Source: Chiloscyllium plagiosum
Lineage: Eukaryota
Assembly (NCBI RefSeq): GCF_004010195.1
Contig: NC_057752.1
Span: 15,734,380 to 15,766,039, forward strand
Reading direction: 5' to 3'
Length of the DNA: 31,660 nt
Shown: piece after piece, positions 9,520 to 19,299 of the stretch
Position numbering within the stretch: position 1 is the stretch's first letter
Layout of the letters: every line of letters starts with the position of its first letter
Program-made: the position numbers and the translations under genes
The notes under the pieces: generated by a model
What the model was told of the DNA's origin: nothing
Seen by the model: the letters and a program-made list of their open reading frames with translations, nothing else
Databases searched by the model: none

Positions 9520-9880
9520 CCCAGAGTATCACTTTTCTGCATATTGCCCTTGAGGGAGCTTTGGTGGGGAGGTGACTGTTGCAAACCTCCTCATGGAATA
9601 TGCCTTTGCAAAGAAGATCTAGAAAGAGATGAATTGGCTTTTTGGTGAGGTTCATTCTGTGTAGCTCCATGCTAAGGACTCTGAGACCTATGAATTGTTC
9701 CCTGAGGCACATACTTAGACAAACATCAACTGCAGTGGACAGCCATTAACCTAGTGAAAGACCATCTTCATTCTGTCTGAAATCTTGCTGTGCAAAGGGT
9801 GGTCCTTCACTGAGGATGTTGACCGGCTTATTAAAGTATCCTCTATACAACACGCTGCACTGTGAGGTGCCTTGGTACCT
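9520..9880 (+). mobile_element. Decayed Tx1/L1-clade LINE ORF2 C-terminal fragment
   Basis: Reads CP*GSFGGEVTVANLLMEYAFAKKI*KEMNW...LFPEAHT*TNINC..WTAINLVKD, a degenerate CCHC zinc-knuckle region typical of Tx1-like ORF2. Confidence 0.6.
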
Positions 9881-10434
9881 TTTGAACTGCTGATTTACAC
9901 CATACATTCCTCATAATCCACACAGCACAAGTGGTATGATTGTTCCAAGCCTCTTGAAACACAATGCCTGAAGGCCTTGGACAGTGACCTGTGACAGTGC
10001 AGAAGCTTGTGCAATCTTCATTGTAAGAGCAGTGAAACACTCAACAGGGTCAATGTACTGCATTTACTGAAAGTGCTCTCTCTCATATCATGTGAACAGC
10101 TAGGCATGGATTACACTGTGACTCTCTTTAACAAGTTTTATGTAAAAAAGACATTTTTGGAAGAATACACCTCATTGTCTGATTGGCCTGTTCCTGACTG
10201 TTTAACTGTCCATCACCAGAAAATTTGTAAATGCAGTTAACCTAATTGTGAGGCTTGACAGAGAGACAGTGAATACTGTCTTGACCTTACACTTTGCTAA
10301 TTCAGTACTCAACATTACAATGTCAGGTCTGTAAAAGTAAAAGAAGATTTAAGCATAGAATTGAAAAAGATATTGCTAATTTGTTCTCAAAGTTAAATTT
10401 CAACCAATTACTAGGAATTGATGAACGAATGTGA

Positions 10435-10603
10435 TTATTGGATGAAAGTAAATGGAAGTAAATCTACAATTCCTCACCACATGACATATATCACTTGGAT
10501 ATGATAATATAAATACAACTCATTTATCTCTGCTCTGAAAGCAGTCATGCTGGATTCAAAACATTGAGCATTCTCAAGGATATTTTGAGCATTCTCTATT
10601 TTA
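10435..10603 (+). repeat. ~160-bp direct repeat, copy 2
   Basis: Homologous to 9347-9505, with an internal 10-nt duplication (GAAAGTAAATGGAAGTAAATCTAC). Confidence 0.92.
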
Positions 10604-10769
10604 GTTTCAGCTATACCTGCATAGGATCAAAAATGATTCCCAGGGATTTAATTCAGTTTCACAATTATACATAGTCTGAGTAACTGATCCCTTGACCCCT
10701 GCACACCCCAAACGGGAGGTGAATGTTTCCATTGCCATCTCCTCTTCTTTTTGTAGTTTTTGGGAGAAT

Positions 10770-11700
10770 GATCAATACTGAGAGGGTTTAAGAGTTAGGA
10801 TCAACAAAAGGAGTTTTTAAAAATAGTCAATGATCCTGTCTTAGTGATCTCTGAGGAAGAGAATTCAACAGATTCATTGTCGTCTGAGAAAATTAATCTC
10901 CTCACCTACTAATGGGAGATCTCTTATGTTAAGATCATGGTTCCCCAGATCTCTCCCACAAGTAGAAACCACCTCTTCAACATTCATCCTATAAAATTCT
11001 CTCAGGATTTTTCTGTTTGAACAAGATCACCTCTCAGTTTTCTAAATGGCAATGGGTACAAGCCAAAGTTTTCCAACCTTTCATCCTGAGATAAAACCCA
11101 GCCCTCCATCCCAGGAATCAGTTGATGAGAAGTCTCTCTGTCTTGCTTCTGAAGGAATGAATTACCTCTCTTAGATACCACAATCTGCACACAATGCTGC
11201 AGAACTCACCAATTCCTGTAAAATGGTAGCAAAGCACCCTTATTCTTAGATTCCATTTCCCTTGCAATAAACCTCTGCAACTACAGTATACACAAACTTG
11301 TGATTACTGCTCCAGCATACTCACTTCCCTTTGTATCTCAGGATCCTGCATTCTCTCTCCATTTAAATTGCATAATGTTTTTCTAGTCTTCCTGCCAAAG
11401 TAGACAACTTCATTTTTTCCCTAATCATATCCCATCATTTTTTGTGCGCTCACTGGACCTGTCTCCATCACAATCTTTACATCAGTATTAAATGATCAAC
11501 TGTGTGGGTTGGGTTGCTTCAGTAAATGACTGGTACAGATTATAAATAACCTGCACTCATCCCTGTTACACTCCACTCTTATAACTGGCCAACATGAAAA
11601 TGTACTTATTGATCCCACTCTGTTTTTCTGTTAGTCTACCCATGTTAACATGTTGCACCCTACATTATTAATTTTTAGTTTGTATAGTAACCTTTGTGTG
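10770..11700 (-). mobile_element. Old CR1 LINE fragment
   Basis: Minus-strand remnant LSQDERLENFGLYPLPFRKLRGDLVQT matches the CR1 ORF2 C-terminus. Confidence 0.7.
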
Positions 11701-11765
11701 GAACTTTTGCCAGTTGGAGTGTGGGAGATAGCAGCTGATCAAAGAGCTCAAGTTGGAAAAGAATT

Positions 11766-11766
<1 letters not shown>

Positions 11767-11825
<59 letters not shown>

Positions 11826-11846
11826 CCTACCTACCTACCTACCTAC
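11767..11846. repeat. Compound microsatellite (CTAT)n(CTAC)n
   Basis: 14 CTAT units followed by 6 CTAC units. Confidence 0.97.
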
Positions 11847-12829
11847 CTTTAAGGCAGACTTGTTAGTTGGTTTTATGCTGATGCTGATGCTAATCATAAG
11901 CTCGTGAGTGAACTTACTGCAGCCTCCGGACCCCACACACCCTGATGACCAGATCCACTTTGATTCCAAACCCACCAACTGTATCCCTTTAGGTCACTTG
12001 TCAGTTTTTAAAATTAGCGTTAATTTGAAAAGAGAACTGTCTTATTTTATTAATTAAAAAGATCATAACACTCTGTTCATGAGAACCAACTGTCTCCCTT
12101 GTAATAAATTTTAATTCTGAATGAGAAAGTGCAGACAAATGGGAGAATTAGGATTTGATGAGGTTTCTTACAGTTTACAAACACACTTATCAGCAACTGG
12201 GTTTGGTCTCGGCATCAAAGTCAATGCAATTGAGATGAGAGAAGACATTTATTGGGGAGCTTTCTCAGAATTGTTCAGGTAGAATTTCAATTATTTCCCA
12301 GAGTCAATGGGAACATTTTAACCCCAGTGATCATCAATAACGAGCTGTTACTTTTCTTCATAAAGGACGGTGCTTAAACAGTTTAACTGGTCATTCCTGC
12401 TAATCCTCTGTCCGCTCTCGAACAGATGGCTCCCTTAAATTTGTTAAAGTTTTCAGCCGATAGAGCATTGTGTCTGCCCAGAAGGTCAGTGAGGCGGATC
12501 CACCTCTCTCAAAACCCAATCAGGGATTGAATGAACATCAAGAGGGTAAAAGGAAGGATTAAATCTCCCTCTGTCTGCAGCTCAATGTTCTTTCCTTTTG
12601 GAAAGGTTCAACAACACAAAATCCACACGAAACAGAGAGCAGATATTTTTTATTAAAAGAGCATTCTCTGAAAAGGGCATTTAAATCAAGGATCTGTGTT
12701 TGACAATGATTGTCAGAGGTGGCTTTGAATGAAGTGTTACCCCAAAACTCTCCATGAATTTTATGTTTCTTTATCAACTTTACTCTGCTCTCTGGACTGC
12801 TGACTCACTGCTAGAAAGAAGGAAGCAGT

Positions 12830-13390
12830 AAAACTAAGGGCAGGAGCAGGCCATTCAATAAGATTATGACCAATTCTTTATCTCAAGGCCATATTCCACT
12901 TTCTTCCCATATCCTTGATATCTTAAAAATTTAAAAACATATCTATCACTTGCTTGAATATATTCAATGAGTGACCTCCACATGCCACTCCAGTATTAAA
13001 TTGCATAAGTTTCACTAATCCTTGAAGAGATGTTTCCTCATTTCAGTCCTAGATAGCGTAATGTGTATCCTGAAATTGTATCCCATGATTCTAGACTCCC
13101 CAACATGGGAAGCACCCTCCCTGTCTCCTGCCCTTAGATCTTTATATGTTTTAATCAGATCCTCTCTCATCCCGCTAAAATCTGGTGAATACTGTCCTAG
13201 TAGAATCAAATTCTCCTAATAGGACAGTCCTGGCATCCCTGAAATCAGATTATTGAACCTCCTATGCACTCTCTTGATGGCATGTGTATCCTTTCTTAGG
13301 TAGGGAGACCAAAACTATACCAAGTATACCAGGTATGGTCTCACCAAGGCCCCATTTAATTGTACTAAGACAGCCATTCTTCTGATCTCA
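12830..13390 (-). mobile_element. CR1 LINE 3' fragment
   Basis: MREDLIKTYK..VGESRIMGYNFRI remnant and CR1 3' tail (GGAGCAGGCCATTC on +). Confidence 0.7.
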
Positions 13391-13499
13391 AACGATTAGT
13401 TTCACTCTCAACCGATAGTCCTTCGTTAAAATTGGGCAGGATGCTTCCTTGAGAATTTGTGGTCAACTCCTTGCATCAGACCATACAGACACACAGTTG

Positions 13500-14485
13500 T
13501 AAGAATATAAGAAATAGGAGCAGGAGCACACCAATCATCCTTTTGAGCCGTTTATCATTCAGTAAGTTGATGGCTGATCTGATTGTGGTCTCAGCTTCAC
13601 TTTTCTGCTTCTCCACTCTTTCTTGACTCTGTTGTTCATCAGAAGTTTGTCTAAGTAAACCTCTTTTGTCAGAGGGGTGGTGAATTATTTACTGCAGAGG
13701 GCTATTGATGCTGGGTCATTGAGCCCTGAGGTAGATTTTTAATCAGTAATGGAATCAAGGATTATGAGGAAAAGGCTGGAAAGTAGATTTGAAAAGGATC
13801 AGATCAGCCAGGTTGTCATTGAATGATGGAGCAGGCTTGATGGGTCAGATGGTTAAACAGCCCACTCCTGCTCCAACATCTTATGGAATGTATTTCACAA
13901 GACCAGGCTCCATGCCCTTCTACTCTGGGGAAGAGAGTTTCACAATATCTGAAATTCTTGAGGGAAGAAATTCCTCCTGATTTGCATCCTCAATTATTAT
14001 TTTTAAGTTGTGAGGAAACTTCCTCTTAACAGTCATTTTACCAAGTCTTCCTCAGAATCTTGTATGTTTCAATAAAATCCCTTCTCAATCCCAATTGATT
14101 CTGGCCCAACCTGTTGAAGCATTCTTCTGAGGCAATCCTTTCATCTCAAGAATTCAATGGTGTAAAGCTTTTTTGAACTACTTCTTCTGAAAGTAGCTCT
14201 CTCTTTAGGGAAGGAGATCAAAACTGCTTCCAATACTCCAGGTGTGGTTTCACCAGCACCTGATGTATTTATAGTAAAAATTCTGTTCGTTTTCATTTCT
14301 CCTCCTTTGCAGTGAGGGCTAATATTCCATTTGCCATTGTATCCAAAATGTCAACTCTCTTGCTCCTCAGATGTTGCTTGACCTGCTGTTCTTTTCCAGT
14401 GCCACATTTTTTGATCCTAATTGCTCAGTTGACCTAATTGATTCATGTCGAAAGACATTCAGATCCCTCTGAAATGCCCACACTT
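13500..14485. mobile_element. Mosaic of CR1 fragments (minus 13500-13650 and 13900-14485, plus-strand tail 13660-13890) with a family A half-copy near 14345-14415
   Basis: TAAGAAATAGGAGCAGGAG tail, GAATGATGGAGCAGGCTTGATGGG tail, AATACTCCAGGTGTGG (PHLEY) remnant. Confidence 0.6.
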
Positions 14486-14489
14486 CTTT

Positions 14490-14945
14490 TAGATAGTCAT
14501 AAAGTCATAGAGCTGTACACCATGGAAACTGACCCTCTGATCCAACTTGTCCATGCCGACCAGATAGCCTACATTCATCTCGTCCCATTTGCCAGCATTT
14601 GGCCTATATCCCTCTAATACCTCCCTATTCATATGCCCACCCAGATGTTTTCTAAACGTTGTAATTGTACCAGCCTCCATCACTTCCTCTAGCAGCTCAT
14701 TTCATACATGCACCACCCTCTGTGTGAAAAAGTTACCCCTCAGGTTCCTTTTAAATCATTCCCCTCTCACCTTAAACCTATGCCTTCTAGTTTTGGACAC
14801 CCTCACCCCAGGGAAAAAGACCTTGGCTATTCACCCTATCATGCCCCTTATGATTTTATAAACATCTATACGGTCACCCTACAGCCTCTGATGCTCCAGG
14901 GAAAATAGCCCCAGCCTATTCAACCTCTCCCTATAGCTTAAACAT
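14490..14945 (-). mobile_element. Relatively young CR1/HER1 3' end
   Basis: Tail ATAGTCATAAAGTCATAGAG on +; close similarity to the copy at 30973-31410. Confidence 0.85.
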
Positions 14946-15636
14946 ATTGATTTTCTATTCTTCCTCTTCATCAGATTCTTGTTGTTAAATTTTTGCCCAT
15001 TCTAATAGCTAATAGCACTGCTATCATGTAATACAGCAGTGAGTCTATGATCAGGAAAGTGTCAGGTGTAACTAGGGATGCCTCAAAGAGAGTTATGATA
15101 CACCATTCGGGTGGCAGTGAGGGATGTGGAGGGGACAGTCCAATGGATCATACTTCCTTCATCAAGAAGATCCTGTTTGACATGTAGATTCAAAAAGCTG
15201 AGTGTGAATATAGTCAGTGTGCACCAGGAATGAATATGGATTCAGTGTCCACTAGGAGTGCATTTGGATTCAGTTAGAATGCAACAGGAGTGAGTCTGCT
15301 ATAAAACGGATAACTTGTGAAGACTGCTGGAATGGTAAGGTATTACACCTTTTGAAACAACGGATGTAAATCGTGCATGTTGACCGAGACTGGTATCCTG
15401 TCTGGCAACAACTTTTCTTTATAGTTGTGGAAGTTTTACCTCATCAAAGTAGTCATTTCTCGTTTTAAAAGCAGACTTTCGAACAGTGCACGCCAACTGC
15501 TAAATTCTCTTCATATATATAAAAGGTTTTCTCTTCAATTCGCGGTTGCATTTTTGAGTCACCTTAAATACTGTCTATTGAATCTCGCTCCTTCCCACAA
15601 TGCCATATTCTATCTAGACCCATCAGGCATGGGGAC

Positions 15637-15830
15637 GTGATGACCTAATGGTATCATCACTTTACTATTAATCCAGCACCCTAGGTAGTGTTCAAATCCT
15701 GCCATGGTAGATTGTCGAATTTTAAAACTCCGGACTAAGAGTCTAATGATAACTGTGAAACTGTTGCTGATTGATAGAAAATCCTATGTACTTCTCTAAT
15801 GCCTTTAGGGAAAGAAATCTGCAATCCATA
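15637..15830 (+). mobile_element. Deu-domain SINE (SacSINE1-like), degenerate
   Basis: tRNA-like head (TAATGGTA..GTTCAAATCC) followed by GTGAAACTGTTGCTGATTG..CTAATGCCTTTAGGGAAAGAAATCTGC, which resembles the Deu core. Confidence 0.6.
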
Positions 15831-15845
15831 ATCCTTCTTCAGAAG

Positions 15846-16017
15846 TTAAAAATCACATAACACCAGGTTATAGTCCAACGGGTTTATTTGGAAGCACTAG
15901 CTTTCGGGGCGCTGCTCCTTCATCAGGTGATTGTGAAGCAGGATCATAAAACACAGAATTTATAACAGAAGATCTCAGTGTCATGCAACTGAAATGATAT
16001 ATTGAACAAACCTAGAT
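15846..16017 (-). mobile_element. Single-arm family B Penelope-like element with TSD
   Basis: TTCTTCAG(A/G)AG at 15835-15845 and 16018-16028; reverse-complement homologous to 20447-20597. Confidence 0.75.
15895..15929 (-). ncRNA. Minimal type I hammerhead-ribozyme motif (best-preserved copy)
   Basis: Minus strand CAC-CTGATGA-A-GGAGC-AGC-GCCCC-GAAAGCTA-GTG: stem I CAC/GUG, intact core CUGAUGA and GAAA..UA, stem II 4 of 5 bp, palindromic AGCU in place of stem III. Confidence 0.55.
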
Positions 16018-16124
16018 TTCTTCAGGAGGATTAAGAGTTAAAGAAGGGTCACTGGACCGAAACTCTCCTTTCTCTTTGCTGAGTTTTTCCAACGCTTTCT
16101 ATTTTTGTTTCTGAGCAATCTGAT

Positions 16125-16401
16125 TTTTTAAATTTCAAAAATATACTTTATTCATAAAATTATTTTGGTCATGCCATTCTTATACACACTGTGCATTTCT
16201 TTACACACAGAGATCGGAATTAATCATTCGCATATAAAAGTCTGTACATTGACCATCCAGATATTTAGCTGAGGCGCCAGCGGGGCCCAATTTCTGAGTG
16301 GGCCCCCTGTTCTTCTTAGGCAGGCAGATGTTACACGGTGGTCTTTCCCCACCGCGCCTTGGCAGCAGCTGCCCCAAGCTCCAGCGAGTCCCTCAACACG
16401 T
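16125..16401 (-). mobile_element. 5'-truncated Tx1/L1-clade LINE 3' end with 11-bp TSD
   Basis: Minus strand encodes YVLRDSLELGAAAAKARWGKTTV*, then a 3' UTR, AATAAA and an A-rich tail; AGCAATCTGAT at 16114-16124 and 16402-16412. Confidence 0.82.
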
Positions 16402-16849
16402 AGCAATCTGATGGGGTTCTGCGTCGGTTCTCCATTCTGGTTAAACTGACTCTGTCCTTGATCTCCAAACTCTTAAAGTACGTGCAAGTGTCCGCTCATT
16501 GCCACCGTCTGCTTCCCGATCCAGCCCCGAGGTCATTTTACCCGATTAAAGACAGAATTGGAGGACACGAGTTGTCAGTGACTTGCGATTCACACCCACT
16601 CCTTTGATGCACCGTTTGTTTGATATGTCCTTCCCCATGCTGCACTTTTGCGCCATGCTTTTAGCCGTGGCTGAAATTAACTTCAAACGATTGCAGTGAG
16701 GTGTTAGCTCGTGTGATTTTTAGCCAGTTTTCACAAGATTCCAGCTTCTTGAAGAATCAGAAGTTGCATTTCTGACTGGCTTGAAATGGGCCCAGGGCAT
16801 TGTTTCCAAAACCTCGAATTCTAAATGATTCCTACAACCAGTTAAAATA

Positions 16850-17900
16850 GAAAATTATACAATAGAAGGATTTGGACAGGTTAGGAGTGTGGGAAAAGAA
16901 GTGACAGATGTGGGAAAGTCTGACGTTATGCACTTTGGTTGGAGGAAAACAGGCAGATTGTTTTGTAAACAGGGAAATGATTCAGAAATCTGAATCATGA
17001 ACTGACTAAGGACTCCTAGTGCTAATTCTCTTAAGATGAACATGTTGGTTCAGTTGGTACTTAGAGGAAAAAGTGAGGACTGCAGATGCTGGAGATCAGA
17101 GCTGAAAATGTGTTGCTGGAAAAGCGCAGCAGGTCAGGCAGCATCCAAGGAGCAGGAGAATCGACGTTAAGAAGGGCTTATGCCCGAAACGTCGATTCTC
17201 CGGTACCTTGGATGCTGCCTGACCTGCTGCGCTTTTCCAGAAACACATTTTCAGCTCAGTTGGTACTTCGGAAGGCAAATACCGTATTAGCATTTATTTC
17301 AAAACGACTAGAATACAAGAACAGAAATGCACTGCTGGGACTGTATAAGGCTCTGGTTAGACCACATTTCGAACATTCTGAGCAGGTTTGGGCCCTGTAT
17401 CTAGGAAAGAATGCCCTGGTACTGGAGAAAAACCAGATGATGCTCCCAAGAATTATCTCAGGAATGAATAGCTTGTCATATGAGGAGTGGTTGAGGACTC
17501 TGTGCCTGCACCTGAAGGTGTTTAGGGGGATGAGCGTGGACCTTACTGAAGCGTACAGAACACTGAAAAGACCTGGAGGAGTGGGCATGAAAAAGATGTT
17601 TCTACTACCAGGAGAGTCAAGGACCCGAGAGCACTACCTCAGAATGAAGCGATGAGTGTTTAGAACTGAGATGAGGAGGAATTTCAGCCAGAAGGTGGTG
17701 AATTTGTGGAATTCATTATTGCAGAAGGCTGTGGAGACCGAATCATGAGTGTTTTCAAGGCAGATTTTATAGGTTCTTGATTAATAAGGGGATCAAAGGT
17801 TACAGGGAGAAGGCAAGAACATAGGGTTGAGAAACATATCATCCATGATCCAATGGCTGAATAGCTTAATTTTGCTCATAGTTTCATTGTTTCTGTGGTT
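16850..17900 (+). mobile_element. CR1 LINE ORF2 C-terminus and 3' tail, interrupted by a family A element
   Basis: KANTVLAFISKRLEYKN..LYKALVRPHFEHSEQVW..GESRTREH. Confidence 0.85.
17063..17255. mobile_element. Fold-back family A element with perfect 13-bp TSD
   Basis: TCAGTTGGTACTT at 17050-17062 and 17256-17268; near-perfect inverted arms. Confidence 0.88.
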
Positions 17901-18956
17901 TGATTCATAAATAGTTTTTGGTTTAGTACCGAAATTTGCTTCGTTGAGATAGTTAATGTTCACCCTGTAGGATTTTGGGCACATGTTAAACAACTATTAG
18001 TTATGACCAATTAGGACTCAGCTTCCTAGGTCAACGAAATGACTGATATTTTCAAGAAAAAACGGAGATAAAACTGAGGTACGGCTGTGAAGCGAAGCTT
18101 TTTTTCAAAAAAAGTGCTCTTTGAGGTGGTACCTGTCTGAAATGATTGATGAATGCGTGGCATTGTTCTCTGGTGAACACGATGAAAGTAGACTGGACAA
18201 TTCCACTTGAGGAAGAAGCCATCACCACGCCCGTAAATGATGGTATTCCCCTGTATCTGTTGCCCTTGCGCTAGAGCTAGTTACTGCCAATTAAATACTA
18301 CAGAAAGTGCAATAGAAATTTTCCTTATACAATGTCAATAGTCGAACCTTCTCTCTGATGAACAGAGTTACAGTTCAGTGGCAAACTGCTGTTCTGCTTC
18401 AGCATTCCTTTTCCATGCAATTTGAACACACGAAAATGTCAGCACTGAGTTAATGCTGACAGCACTGAATTGGGTGCTATTAAAATCTCAGAGGCAATGA
18501 GCGGTGTGGGAACATTTCTGTCTTGCGATGTCTGTTAAACTCTATCGGACCCTTAAACCATGTAAGAGTCAATAACACGTGTTTGGGAAGGAGAATAGAC
18601 CACACATTCTGTGTAGTAAATAATACCGGTGCTTCCCGTGGGAAAGGGCAGTCTTTCTTTCAGATCTCGCTCAGTCAGTGCTTTACTGGGAACCGTCTGG
18701 AGAACGGGTTGAGGAAGACGTTGGTAATTTCACACCGTGCCGCGAATTGAGCCGGGGTAACTGCAGCCGAATAGTTGAACATATTTTCACGTTGTTAAAG
18801 CACTTTAACATTTGCACAAGTACCAAACAACACCTTGCCTTTATGTAGTGGGTTTAAAATAGTAACGAAAGGTCCCTCTTCAAGGGACCGACTATGAAAA
18901 AAAATTACATGGAGTCACTGAGATTGGTAAAAGAAAAAGGTTTTAACTAAACAGAC

Positions 18957-19160
18957 TTAAAAATCACAGAACACCAGGTTGTAGTCCAACAGGTTTAATT
19001 GGAAGCACTAGCTTTCGGACCGCTGCTCTCTCACAACCACCTGATGAAGGAGCGACGCTCCGGAAGCTAGTGCTTCCAATTAAACCTGTTGGACTATAAC
19101 CTGGTGTTGTGTGATTGTTTACTTTGTCCACCCCAGTCCAACACCGACATCTCCACATCA
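18957..19160. mobile_element. Fold-back family B element
   Basis: Inverted arms; TAACTAAA(C/A)AGA at 18944-18955 and 19161-19172; hammerhead-like CAC-CTGATGA-A-GGAGC-GAC-GCTCC-GGAAGCTA-GTG at 19038-19072 (GAAA mutated to GGAA). Confidence 0.82.
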
Positions 19161-19299
19161 TAACTAAAAAGAGAAAAGCAAGGTAGAGGGGAGGAAGGTT
19201 TCGGGGAAAGAATTCTGTGTGGTTTCAGGCCTGGATACTGGGCTGCAGGGAGAGGAAGCTGCAGTCCAGTCATGGATGTCTCTGCATAAATCAAAAACA

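Noticed and set aside
15195..15300. Short degenerate repeat (GGATTCAGT..CAGGAGTG)
   Set aside because: About three poorly conserved units; no further structure.
17086..17655. 189-aa ORF as a novel fusion protein
   Set aside because: Chance open frame across a family A insertion and decayed CR1 ORF2.
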